Assembly (NCBI GenBank): GCA_000002445.1
Contig: CP000068.1
Coordinates: forward strand, 768,001-832,000
From: Trypanosoma brucei
Taxonomy: Eukaryota
DNA: 64,000 bases
Reading direction: 5' to 3'
The position numbers were made by a program, and so were the translations under genes. Shown piece by piece: positions 10,600 to 21,069 of this stretch (within the stretch, counting starts at the first letter, position 1; each line of letters opens with the position of its first letter). Under the pieces are notes generated by a model. That model was not told the DNA's origin. It ran no database searches and saw nothing but the letters and a program-made list of their open reading frames with translations.

Positions 10600-11737
10600 G
10601 GAGCGTATGTGCAGAACCTTCACATTATTTAGTCTAAAGCAGCCTCATGTCGGCGTACTGTTGCTACCGTTGGTGTTAACTGTACAGATCCGGACGACGA
10701 TGGAGTAGTGGTTTAGGAAGTTTTGGTCGTAATGTGAAAGGATTCGAGAAGGTAATCTGAGTAAATAGTGGATTGAGTCTGAAATGTGGCAGCTACTGGG
10801 GTTGTTAACGGAAGTACGTAATATTCTCCGACTCATGGAGCCATATTCAATGGTGAGTTATTATTAATTATTTTTTAGTAGTAGTTGTTATGTTGTGGGC
10901 AAGGAATTTATCGTTATCGCACATCATATATTTTTTACTATTTTTTAAAAATTTCTTTTCTTAGTATGTGGCAGGCAGCCCTTGTTAATTAAGGTGCCTG
11001 TTGCTGCATTGGTGTCTTCCTTTCTTACAGTCACTTACTCTTTGCAGTCTCCGTAGACGTTTTGTGAGATTTTTTGATTGCTGTGGTAATTGTAGCCGAC
11101 ACAATTCTTACGTTACCACATACATTTACACTACCAGGGTCATTACTTTATTTTCTCCCCCAATTTGCCACTGCTGTATTCATTTTTTTTTCTTCTAACT
11201 CTGATCTGATAGTGATAGACATAAGCCACCAGGAGTTGATATTTTCCTCTATGACCCCACCCATTTCGGCATACAAAGTGTATGTGGTTGAATGGGATGT
11301 GTGATGCGATGTGTCAGTCACGATTGTAGTGCTCGACGTTAAGAGCGCATCAGGTGAATCCGGAAGTGATGATGCTACCCCGTATATTCCAATAATATAA
11401 TTTGTTATTCTTTTTAGTTATGAGATAGTTTTTCTAACATTAGATGGTGCCTGCAGCGTGACGCGGCAACTGCTGTACTGTTTTTGTATGTTGGCAAGGT
11501 TGTTATAAAGGGTATGTCCCAGGGTGGGGGTATGCTTGTATTGGTGTAAATGACTCTCAATAACTGAGACGCAAAAGTGGAATGTAATTCACGACCCATC
11601 GCAGTTCCATATTGAATTTGTTGCTTTTACTACTGTCGTACCGACGCAGTGTTGTTGTCGTAGTGAGTCATTGTTGCATGTGGTTGAATACTTTCATATA
11701 ATAACCACTGTGATGATGTGGTGCCCCTAAGGTTAAG

Positions 11738-11848
11738 AGTCATTGCTGTGGAAAGTACTTCTTACTGAGAATCCGAAAAGGCCATTGAGGGGAATTGCCC
11801 TGTGGAGACACTATTGCCATGTACTGAAATCGGTTACAGTGTCATGGT
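11738..11848 (+). repeat. 111-bp direct repeat, copy B, in the 5' flank of the CEP164-like gene
   Basis: Same sequence as 8681-8791 with 3 substitutions (c>g, g>t, c>t). It lies 3057 bp downstream of copy A in the same orientation. Confidence 0.9.
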
Positions 11849-11900
11849 ACTGTATGAATCTCTTTACGTTGTTATTTCGAGTTTGTTGGAAACAATGAAG

Positions 11901-11935
11901 ACTTTTTTTTGTTGTGGTTGGTTTTTTAACGGAAG
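11901..11935 (+). promoter_or_regulatory. Polypyrimidine tract plus AG upstream of the CEP164-like gene
   Basis: actttttttttgttgtggttggttttttaacggaag, about 35 nt before the ATG at 11968. Confidence 0.45.
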
Positions 11936-11967
11936 GTGTCGAGCGTTTAGGTTGATAGAAGGGCCAC

Positions 11968-14900
11968 ATGGCTGTCATCCCTAAGGTGGGTGAGGTGTTC
12001 CGCGGTGAGGACGGAGTTATTTCTGTGGTACTTCCCGATACTTGTGATCCGGATCATGAACCCACAGAGGAGGAACTGCATGAATATGCGGAGTTTATTG
12101 GAATAGATGTTAAAGAAGAGAAACATCTTTTGTGGATTGCACGCGAGGGGCTGCAGACCCCGCTTCCTGAGGAGTGGAAGGCGTGTCGTACTGGTGACGA
12201 AGAACCGTATTATTTTAACTTTCGCACTGGTGAAAGTAGCTGGGACCATCCTCTCGACGATATGTTCAGGCAGAAGGTCGATTTAGAGAGGACGAAAGCC
12301 AATGCTTCTGCATTAATTAGTGGCAGTAAGCATGGTAGTACAAATATGAAGATACGCTCCGCGTCGTTATCGTATTCCTCAGCGTCGTCATCCGCTTCTT
12401 CCGACGATGCAGACTCTAGTGCAGAAACCGCTGCTAACCTTCGTCGACAAGGGCATGTGTCCCGACTCGAAAAGGGATCTGGTGGTAATGCCCATTCCAT
12501 TAATCATGTCAGTGCTATGACGGCAAGACCGGTCCCTCTAACCTCTACTGTTGACGCATCGAGTCACTCCTTTAGCACTCAGGGGTCAAGGGATGGCGCA
12601 CTGGTGGGTGAAGCTGCCGGAAAATTAGGTGCCTTGCGGACTCCTGCTCCTGTTCAGCGTGCAAAACTGGATATGTCTAGTTTGTTAGAACCTGGAAAGG
12701 GCGGTCTTCCGTCCACAGCCATTGGTGGTGGAAGTGGTAGAGGCAACAGCGGGAAAGGTAACTTTGCAATAGGATCAAAGGGAAAGTGTCCTGAAGGTGT
12801 TCGAGACATGGAAGCGTCAATCCGGCAACGTGTAGATGAAGAAAACGACGCACGGCGTCGTACAATGAGAATACAGCAGGAGCGGCAACTTGCCGAAGAA
12901 AGACTTAGGTTGGAAGCCGAAATTCGGATGGTTAGTGCCGAATGTGAGAAGGAATTAAACGCGGAACTACAGCAAGCCAACGAATCTGAGGAGCAATTGC
13001 AACTTGAGAAAAGTAAAATGGATGCAGTCTTGTCGGCAAAACAGCGCGAGTATGATGAGGCACGCAAGCAGGTAACGGCACTGGGTTTACTACTACAGCG
13101 GGAAGAGGCAAAGCTGGAGGGTGAAATGCAGAGACGCATAGCGGAGGCGAAGGAGAGAATAAGTGGCAGCGGTGACGATAAGTGTAAGAAAGCGAAGGAG
13201 GCCGCTGCTGCCAAACTTGAAAAAGAGAAAGAAGAACGGAGGAAAGCGCATACCAAACGGTTAGAGGAAGAGAGCAAACAGCTGGCAGCTAACACTCAGT
13301 CAACCGTGGGATCTCTGAAAAAGGCCCTTGAGGAGAAACGTTTGTCAGCTGAAAAACAACTTAAGGCTAAGCTCTCAGAGTTTTCTCCAGCACCCCCCGT
13401 TAGCACTGCAGGCGAAAGTCATCCTGATATTAAGGAGGCCCAGTCTTCGTTAGAACTTGCGGTGAAGCGAGCAACTGCTGAAGCTGCGGCAACTACGTCA
13501 GCTTTACGTCACCGATATGAAAACGAATTGGAGGAGCTTAAATCAGAAAAGAAACGAGCTCTAAGCACTGTGAAAGGTAAGGTGACATCCAAAAATGAAC
13601 CTGTCGAAGACACAATGCAGAACTCTACGCCTCACCCTTCCTTGGAAGAGGAGGAGAAAAGGTTGAAGGAGGCACTAGAAGAAAAGGCTGCACGTTATGT
13701 TGATGAAACACAGCGGCTTTTATCATTTATGCGGAGCGAGTTGAATGGGACGAATTCAACGTCGTTAAATACAACCGAGGGGGACAATATAACTCTTTCG
13801 TCAGGTGCTGAGCTCGCAGAAGAGCAACCAAACTACGATCGCACATGGAAGCAGCTAGACGAGCAGCATGCGAGAACGATGGATCGCATTCGTAGCGCTC
13901 ATGAGCAGACCTTGAGAGAAAAGCATCTATTCGATCCCAGAAAGTCATTGGATTTCGCTGAAAAATTGAAGGTACTGCAGAGGAAGTGGTTGGCAGCCCA
14001 CCCAAAACCAAAATTTTCCGTAGGGGACTCTTGGTCTGCGCGTGAAGGGACCGATACATATGAGTCAAATAGTCCTCAGGTGGATACAAAGTTACTGCAG
14101 GAAAGAGTTGATGCTGCTGTTAAAGCTGCGACGGAAGAGGCCCGGTGTAAACACGGAAATCAACTACAGGCAGTTCAAGAGCTACTGGAAAAAGAAAATC
14201 GCAAGGTTAGTGAAGCGCACCGCGCTGAGAAGATTAAAGAAATGAAGGCTCTGGTTAATCAATACCTCGAGGTATGTTTGGCCGAGCGTTCGAAAGAGAT
14301 AGATTTTTCGACAGCTTCGGTTGGTGACCCCTACAAGAGTAATACGACGAGGACGGGTAATGAATGTCACCTGCAAACGTCACCACAGTTACCTGAAGGC
14401 ATGGTGTCATTAGAGGAAGCCCAAAGACGTGAGGAAGAGGTGCATCGTCAGCTTCAAGACCGTGTAAAAGCGTTGCAAGATGCCACGAAGCTTTCTCAGA
14501 CGGAGCTTCGCCGGCAGCAGGGACTGTTGCACACGAAATCCCTGTACAGTTGCCAGCGTCCACCAATCGTACCGATGCCAGCATCTCCATCCGTCGCGAA
14601 CGACGCTTTTCACACACCCCGGTTTCCTCTTAATCAGAAGCAACCCCAGTCAGCCTTCACAACCCCGATGCTAAACAACACATTGTCCACCATACCTTCA
14701 ATGTATACGACAAACGGTAGCGAGAAGCCGAATGCAACACCGTACTCGTTCTTGCTTGATATTTGTGGTGGACGGCAGCAGAAACCAGTATTGAAGAGCC
14801 AGGGTGGCAATTTAGATGGCGAACATATTTTGCGTAATACTGTGGAGTTCGCTTGTTCATCTGAGCAGACAGGTCACGATTTGGAACAGCGCTTTCAGCA

Positions 14901-15501
14901 CGCCAGATTGCTGCTACTAAAGAAAAAGGATGAACTGTTGGCAAGGCGAGCTTGCATGGAACGTTCCCGTACGTTGTGGTTGCGTGACATGGAAAAATGC
15001 ACTACAACGGGGGAGAGGAGTCATGCGCGTTTGCTCCGTCAAATAAAGGTTTCACTGGAGGAGCAAGCTCGGAAATTAAACCAAGAAGTTTTGGAGGTCC
15101 GTCTGGCGTTCGCCTCGCTTCGCGATTCTGAGCGAAAGTTTCGCAGTGCTGCCGGTCGCGAGGAGGCAACAAATGGAAGGGAAACCGCTATTATGCCCAA
15201 TTCATTAGGTGGTAACAACATGTCTGTTAATTCTACCACAGCTCCACTGTCAAAGAGCTCACAGCATATGATTGAGTTATTAGACGGTATTTTAACTAAA
15301 GCGGCTAAGTTGGAAAGTCATGTGTCCCCATTGCCCGACAAGTACAAATTGATGGGTAGCAAAAGTGTTGAGGGGAAACAACATCACTCACATGCGAGAC
15401 GCTCCCACTCAACGACTCGTCACGTGAGCCGAGCGGCTTCTGCCGAGGGAAAATCTGGTGGTGTTGCACGGTGGCTTGATGAACAGCAACTTGCCTCATG
15501 A
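11968..15501 (+). CDS. CEP164-like protein: N-terminal WW domain followed by long coiled-coil and Ser-rich regions (basal body / transition-fibre type)
   Basis: The N-terminus reads EEELHEYAEFIGIDVKEEKHLLWIAREGLQTPLPEEWKACRTGDEEPYYFNFRTGESSWDHPLDD. This is a WW domain (W...YYFN..T.ES.WDHP) in the same sequence context as the CEP164 N-terminus as I recall it. It is followed by more than 700 aa of E/K/A/L-rich coiled coil. Confidence 0.75.
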   Translation: MAVIPKVGEVFRGEDGVISVVLPDTCDPDHEPTEEELHEYAEFIGIDVKEEKHLLWIAREGLQTPLPEEWKACRTGDEEPYYFNFRTGESSWDHPLDDMFRQKVDLERTKANASALISGSKHGSTNMKIRSASLSYSSASSSASSDDADSSAETAANLRRQGHVSRLEKGSGGNAHSINHVSAMTARPVPLTSTVDASSHSFSTQGSRDGALVGEAAGKLGALRTPAPVQRAKLDMSSLLEPGKGGLPSTAIGGGSGRGNSGKGNFAIGSKGKCPEGVRDMEASIRQRVDEENDARRRTMRIQQERQLAEERLRLEAEIRMVSAECEKELNAELQQANESEEQLQLEKSKMDAVLSAKQREYDEARKQVTALGLLLQREEAKLEGEMQRRIAEAKERISGSGDDKCKKAKEAAAAKLEKEKEERRKAHTKRLEEESKQLAANTQSTVGSLKKALEEKRLSAEKQLKAKLSEFSPAPPVSTAGESHPDIKEAQSSLELAVKRATAEAAATTSALRHRYENELEELKSEKKRALSTVKGKVTSKNEPVEDTMQNSTPHPSLEEEEKRLKEALEEKAARYVDETQRLLSFMRSELNGTNSTSLNTTEGDNITLSSGAELAEEQPNYDRTWKQLDEQHARTMDRIRSAHEQTLREKHLFDPRKSLDFAEKLKVLQRKWLAAHPKPKFSVGDSWSAREGTDTYESNSPQVDTKLLQERVDAAVKAATEEARCKHGNQLQAVQELLEKENRKVSEAHRAEKIKEMKALVNQYLEVCLAERSKEIDFSTASVGDPYKSNTTRTGNECHLQTSPQLPEGMVSLEEAQRREEEVHRQLQDRVKALQDATKLSQTELRRQQGLLHTKSLYSCQRPPIVPMPASPSVANDAFHTPRFPLNQKQPQSAFTTPMLNNTLSTIPSMYTTNGSEKPNATPYSFLLDICGGRQQKPVLKSQGGNLDGEHILRNTVEFACSSEQTGHDLEQRFQHARLLLLKKKDELLARRACMERSRTLWLRDMEKCTTTGERSHARLLRQIKVSLEEQARKLNQEVLEVRLAFASLRDSERKFRSAAGREEATNGRETAIMPNSLGGNNMSVNSTTAPLSKSSQHMIELLDGILTKAAKLESHVSPLPDKYKLMGSKSVEGKQHHSHARRSHSTTRHVSRAASAEGKSGGVARWLDEQQLAS

Positions 15502-16176
15502 TATTTTACAACGTGGGTAGAATTTCATTATAGGCGTTTGCAAGCATGCGGAAAACAATGAATAGATATGCGGTGAACTTATGTGCGTGAGTTTCGTAAC
15601 GTGTTTCCTTGCAATTGAGTGTTTTTTTTTGTTGCTTCCTTTGTTTACTGGCTTACAGGACTACTAATGTGCGGAAAATTGTCCATTCTGTGAAGAACTT
15701 CACCGCGTGCACGATAGTCACTCCATTTATATAACTTTAGTTCTTTGAGTTTTGCCGGCACCTCCATGTTTTCCCTGACCTGACCTGATCTGATCTGATT
15801 TGTTTGTTTGACCTTCTTATTGATTCTTTTCGTGTGATTTGCACTTCATCACAACTGAGGAGCAGGTGACATTGATAACTTTGTTGGAGTTATGACGATG
15901 TTCTAATAACCTCTACTTTGAAATATGTCCTTGTTCCTTCTTTCTCCAAACACTCACGCAAACACAAACGATTCGAGTTTACGTCGTTTGCTGTTTCTGT
16001 TTCTGCTTTTGTTTTGCTTTTTTTTTTTTCAAACATCGTAACGTCATGAATGCCGAGGAAACCTTGTGTGGGATGTGTGAGAAATATTTGTATGGAAAAC
16101 GCTTCCGCTCACTTGGGATGGAGCAGCGGGTCAAATGCGCAAAAGCTCCCGGGAGGAACTGGTGAGTGCTAAATTG

Positions 16177-16232
16177 TTTTCTTTCTCTCTTTCTCTCTCA
16201 CTCTATATATATATATATGTGTGTGTGTGTGT
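16177..16232. repeat. Compound microsatellite (CT)n(TA)n(GT)n
   Basis: ctctttctctctcactctatatatatatatatgtgtgtgtgtgtg. Confidence 0.85.
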
Positions 16233-17901
16233 TCGTTTATATTTATGCTTGTATGCTTAGTTATATTTGCGTGTACGCCTATTTGGGTGTGCTTTTGAGT
16301 CGTGGTTTCTCAAGTTAGAGAGAGGATGTTGCTGTTTCGTATTTGTTTGTTTGATGGCTTTGAGTTTTTTTTTAAAAAATAAAAAAAGAGGGGGAGGAAG
16401 CCATGGGAATTGCACCTTAAAAGTAGGTACAGCTTCACTTCGCTGTTAACATCTATTGATTCGGTTGTTTTATTTTTGTAGGAGCCTTGTTAGTCATTTC
16501 TCGCACTATTATTATTGTTATCACTCTTATTATTATTATTCACCTTTTCCCTTCCCTCACGGTTTAGTGACGACATGTTTCTAATTCCCTGTGGGTAGGA
16601 TGCTGTAGGAAATACACTTCACCCAAATCAAGACAGAAAGGGAAGTATAGACTGCTGTAAATTTGTGTTACTATATGGTTAAACATAAATAATTTCAAGA
16701 TAAAACACGAAATGTTGCCTTTTCATGGTTTTATTTTAAGAAAGAACTTGTTTTTTTTCCTTTCTTTCATTTCACTTTTCTGTCGGAAGAGGCAATTAGC
16801 TAGGTAGGTTCATATGTCACCTTTTCGTTTGTATTAACATCAAAAATGCAAGCACCCTTTCACATTGACGTTCACACTCCATCATCATTTAAAAGGGGAA
16901 AAAAAGAATTTAGAGGTAGCGGAGCGCTATGGGTCACTTTTCAGTGCTGGAATGGAGGTTTGTAGACGTGATCACACGAAGATCCCACAATTTGAAATAT
17001 TTGGTGCGGTAGATGGGAAGTAATAAAGGCTCTGATAAGTTATTGTTGAACCAAACGCTAACGGAACGTTTTAGAAGTTTATAATCACAATGATTGTGGC
17101 GGTAGGACGAAGGAAAAAAATTTAAAAAAATAAATAAAGAGTCTCAATGCCAGATGACTGTGACAAGCACATGAATTAGTTAAATATTGTAGTTTTCACA
17201 TTAAGGTTCTTTCAGTTGGTACTACGCACGCAAACTCTTGGCAGAGTTGGTAGAGACGTACTTGTTCTTTTCTTCTTTTCTGTATATTCGTTAATTACAC
17301 CTCTTTCTTGTGCCTCATTAGCTGTCACGTTCCCTTCATTTTTGTTTTTATGTGATTTCGGTTTATTAGGTGGAATCTTAACCTAGCTGTGGGGATGGGA
17401 ATAGTTCTTGAAGTCAATTATTATTTAAAGGCTTTCAAAGGGTTATAGAGGTGAGTTTTTTTTTTCCCCGGCTGTCTGCAATACCTTCGGTAAAGCACAA
17501 CCGTCTTCATGGTATTTTTATTGTGACTATCGGAGACACGCTGTATCTGATGTTTGTTTGTTACTGGTATCGCTCATATATCATTGAAATGATCCGAGCA
17601 CGACCGATGATTCTCGCATAATGGTTTAGCTATTATTCTTTGTTGAAGTTACCTGCATCTTTCGTCACTGTCAATTTTTTTCTTTGTTTTGTTTTGAAAA
17701 CAAACATTTAGAAGGGAAGTGATTTACTGCTGGAATCCCTTCGTGGTGTTGAAGAAACTAGTGGGGAAGTAAGTCTGTGCGGCGGCGTTAAGTGGTTTAC
17801 CAATTAAGAGAAAGGGAAAGGAAAGGGATAAGAGGGAAAGTGTGTGGTGAAGAGTAAGGAGGAACAGTTACCACCGCAAAGGCGACTTAACCCGATATTG
17901 A

Positions 17902-20900
17902 ATGGGCGTGCCAAAGTTCGCCTCTTGGTTGCGTAATAAATATCCTGCAATTGTAACTAAGAACTGCCCCTCGTCTGTCCACGGACTGTACATTGACCTT
18001 AACGGCATTATTCATCCATGCTGCCATAATGATTCGGACACCGCAATTGCACTCCTTCCGGAAGAGGAAAAACTGGAATGTATTTGCAGTGAGTTGGAGC
18101 TGCTTGTACAAACTGTGCAGCCGAAGGAGGTAATGTACATCGCCATCGATGGTGTTGCGCCACGGGCGAAGATGAACCAGCAACGTGCCCGCCGTTATAT
18201 GGGCCGCGCAGCACCCGCTCAAACTGGGGAAGTTGCCTCCACTCACATGCCAAATAAAAGTGGGATGGCCATTGTAGAGGAGGTGGTGCGTGAGTTTACG
18301 TCAACAGAGATGGCGCAAGCCAATGATGACCTCGATGAAGTACGGCAAACGCTATTAGAGGATCCACTCTATAGTGGTGCGTTGCATAATGAAGGGGAAG
18401 AAAGAGGCTGGGGATGCCTTGAACGACGGGGACGGGGTTAATTCTTTCTGTGTAAGGAGCACAGATGATGATTATGAGAGTACGCACGAAAATCGTTACG
18501 TGGAATCAAACCAGGTGGCTGACGATGTGTTCGGTCACCGTGGCGAAGTTATTGTCGATGACCCTACCGCTTTCGAATTTGATAGCAACTGCATCAGCCC
18601 AGGTACCGACTTCATGGCAAAAGTGTCTGACGCTGTGCTTAACATGCTGAATGAGAAAATGTCTGGGAATGACCCCACCTGGACACGGTTGTGCGTGATA
18701 TTTTCTGGGTCAAATACACCAGGGGAGGGGGAACATAAAATCATCGATTTTTTGCGCACGCAGTCTTCACTGGCACAGTTTGGCGGCAAGGCCAATCACG
18801 TAATTGTTGGATTAGATGCGGATTTGATTTTCTTGGCGCTATCTTTGCACATCACGCAGGTGTTTATTCTACGTGATACGACAAGAAATCCCTATAAGAG
18901 GCGAGCTGTTGCTCGACAGCAGCAGCGGGAGAGGCGGTCACGTAGGAAACGTAACTTTATCGACGACACATGCATCATTTCGTTGAATCCCAGTTATATT
19001 GATGAGGAGGAGAGCGACGGCGTAATTGGAGTACCCGTGTGTGAAAGCAGCGAAAACTCAAGTAGCGACACCGATAATGAATCCCCCATTGAGAGCAGAG
19101 AAGCCCACGTCGCAACAGTACCTAACACTGGATTCGAGTATTTTGATATCAGCGTGGTGGGTGGGTCCCTCATCTCAGAGGTGAGTGCTTTGTGTGATAT
19201 TAAGAAGTTTACTCCCGCGACGGAGTCGGCATTCGACAAGAAAACGCTCGTTTCCTCGGCAGGTTATTATTTCTTTGGTCAACCGAACCATATCGAGGGT
19301 GGCACCTTGCCGTCTTCTACAGAATGTGGATCACCGAAAGGACGACGTTCTAAAAGGGTTTCAAAGAAAACTGAGGCAGAAAGAAGTTGGAAGAATTTTA
19401 GGCCGTGCTCGTCGCCGGCGAACAGCAAAATTATTGACGATATCATTGTACTTTCGATATTGCTTGGTAACGACTTCCTTCCGCACGCGCCAAGCGCGTT
19501 TTCAGGAGAAAGTGCCCTCGACAACTTACTGGAGTTATACGTTTCTGAAGTGCTACCATACGGTTTCTTAACGAAAGGGCCTCATGAAATCAACCTACCA
19601 CAACTTCAACGTCTGTTTGAAGCATATGCAAAGATTGAGGCAGTTAAGTTCCGGCGGTTTCTCTTATTCAAAAGCACAAATGAAGAAAACAACAACAGCG
19701 GCGCCGAATTTAGAAAAGGAAGCAACAATGACAACGTAACCGTTGCTGATGTAGCAGTTGCTCTTCACTCAACCATAGATGATAGGTGGCGCGACACGTA
19801 CTTGAAGTCAACAGGCCTCTCTAACAGCGTGCAAGAGGCGTGCGAAAAGTATGTTGAAGGAGTTTGTTTTGTGTGGCGTTACTACACAACAACCACTACC
19901 GACTCCGATTGGTCGTGGTATTATCCTTTTTACCATGCTCCACCAGTAATAGACCTTGCAATGTACTTAAAGGAAGCCAACATCAAAAGGATGCCGCTTC
20001 CTGTGGTGAAGCCCACACCACCGGACACATTAGTGCAATTGCTTTCTATTTTACCGCCTACAAGTCATGCGCTTTTACCCATGGTGCTGGGGGAGGTGAT
20101 GGTTCGCTCACCGCAACAGGCGGAGCTCGAGAGTACATTTCCCTTGCAGTGGCATGTGGATTACCACGATAGCAACGTAGTACATCTTGCCACCGTAATG
20201 CTGCCGTTCGCTGATATGGATGTGCTTCAGCAAGTCGTTGACGCTGCTTGGCCACAACTCACGGAGGAGGAAAGATGGCGAACGCAAAAGTTGGACTTCC
20301 ACCTTGTAATTACCTCAAACAAGACATCTTTCGTGCCGAAGGGAGATTTGAGGAAGTTGTCCGACGCACTCGATACCATATTGAGACGAGTTCCTTCCCG
20401 CGAAGGGGTGGAGATACGACAGCTCTATGATGTTCCTTTGGAGCGATATCGGCCGCGAACGTATTCGTGTACGGTGGAAGTCCCAAGGCTTTCATATGGT
20501 GCGGATGGTCAAGTGATCAAGCGGCAACGTCGCCATCGCCACTCAGGCCAACTAAAAGGGAATGGAGAAGGTGTGATTGAAGGGAAGAAGTCAAATTCTC
20601 GCGTTACTGTTGTGAACAAAGGTCCATGTTTTGCCACGTTTTTGCTGTTCCTTGCATGTGCCTCTGTTTTCACTGCCGTTGTATTGTTGCCATGCTCTTT
20701 AGCGTCCTTTATGCAAGTATTGTCGATAAATATTTGTGCTATATTGATTAGCTTTGTGCTTGGCATCTCCGTCCATGACCCCTCCAGTGGCTGTGGCATG
20801 AGCCGCAATAACATTCGGCAAACATTCGTTGATTGGCTATGCACGGAGTGCCTGAGCCTTAACTTTTCATCGAGAACAAGGTGTTTCGTTTGTCGCGCGC

Positions 20901-21013
20901 CATTTGATAACCGACGCTGCCTCGCTGTATTTAGTTGTACGCAATCCGCCGATCAGTCATTGTACGATCCCGACCACTCGCCGCACATCGAGGCGGTGAA
21001 GTTACAAATTTGA
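17902..21013 (+). CDS. XRN-family 5'-3' exoribonuclease with a C-terminal RanBP2-type zinc finger. The reading frame is broken by an apparent +1 frameshift between 18359 and 18441.
   Basis: Frame 1 (17902-18441) carries MGVPKFASWLRNKYP, DLNGIIHPCCH and AIDGVAPRAKMNQQRARRY. Frame 2 (open from 18359, ORF to 21013) carries FEFDSNCISPGTDFM, FSGSNTPGEGEHKIIDF and GLDADLIFLALSLH. The conserved XRN N-terminal domain is therefore split over two frames, and the second ORF starts only at a GTG. Near the C-terminus, WLCTECLSLNFSSRTRCFVCRAPF fits W-x-C-x2-C-x3-N-x6-C-x2-C (RanBP2 ZnF). A hydrophobic segment FATFLLFLACASVFTAVVLLP lies just before it. Confidence 0.8.
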
Positions 21014-21049
21014 ACACGTTGGTAGTCTCGAAACGTGGTCACAGCCACT

Positions 21050-21069
21050 GTGTGTGTGTGTGTGTGTGT
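21050..21069. repeat. (TG)n microsatellite
   Basis: tgtgtgtgtgtgtgtgtgtg, immediately 3' of the XRN stop. Confidence 0.9.

Noticed and set aside
11802-11984. 60-aa ORF METLLPCTEIGYSVMVLYESL... that overlaps direct-repeat copy B (a similar frame exists in copy A)
   Set aside because: It is too short and has no distinguishing features. It was probably found because of the repeat and is not coding. It is mentioned only under the repeat finding.
12654-13295. Long minus-strand ORFs inside + strand genes: 12654-13295 (213 aa), 36505-37476 (323 aa), 50047-50598 (183 aa), 6541-6969 (142 aa) and 54819-55277 (152 aa)
   Set aside because: They are antisense shadows of repetitive E/K/A/S-rich coding sequence. 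They give low-complexity S/A/L/R-rich translations, have no polyY/AG context on the minus strand, and contradict the uniform + polarity of the unit.
15775-15812. (CCTGA)2(TCTGA)2(TTTG)3 short tandem motif in the 2.4-kb gap before XRN
   Set aside because: It is an ordinary pyrimidine-rich intergenic microrepeat consistent with polyY tracts. It has no further structure.
17540-17620. Possible C/D-box snoRNA (CTGA at 17546, ATGATC at 17589, GATGATT at 17607)
   Set aside because: The box order and spacing do not fit the C ... D' ... C' ... D arrangement. No terminal stem is evident and no guide complementarity can be checked without rRNA. It is too weak to call.
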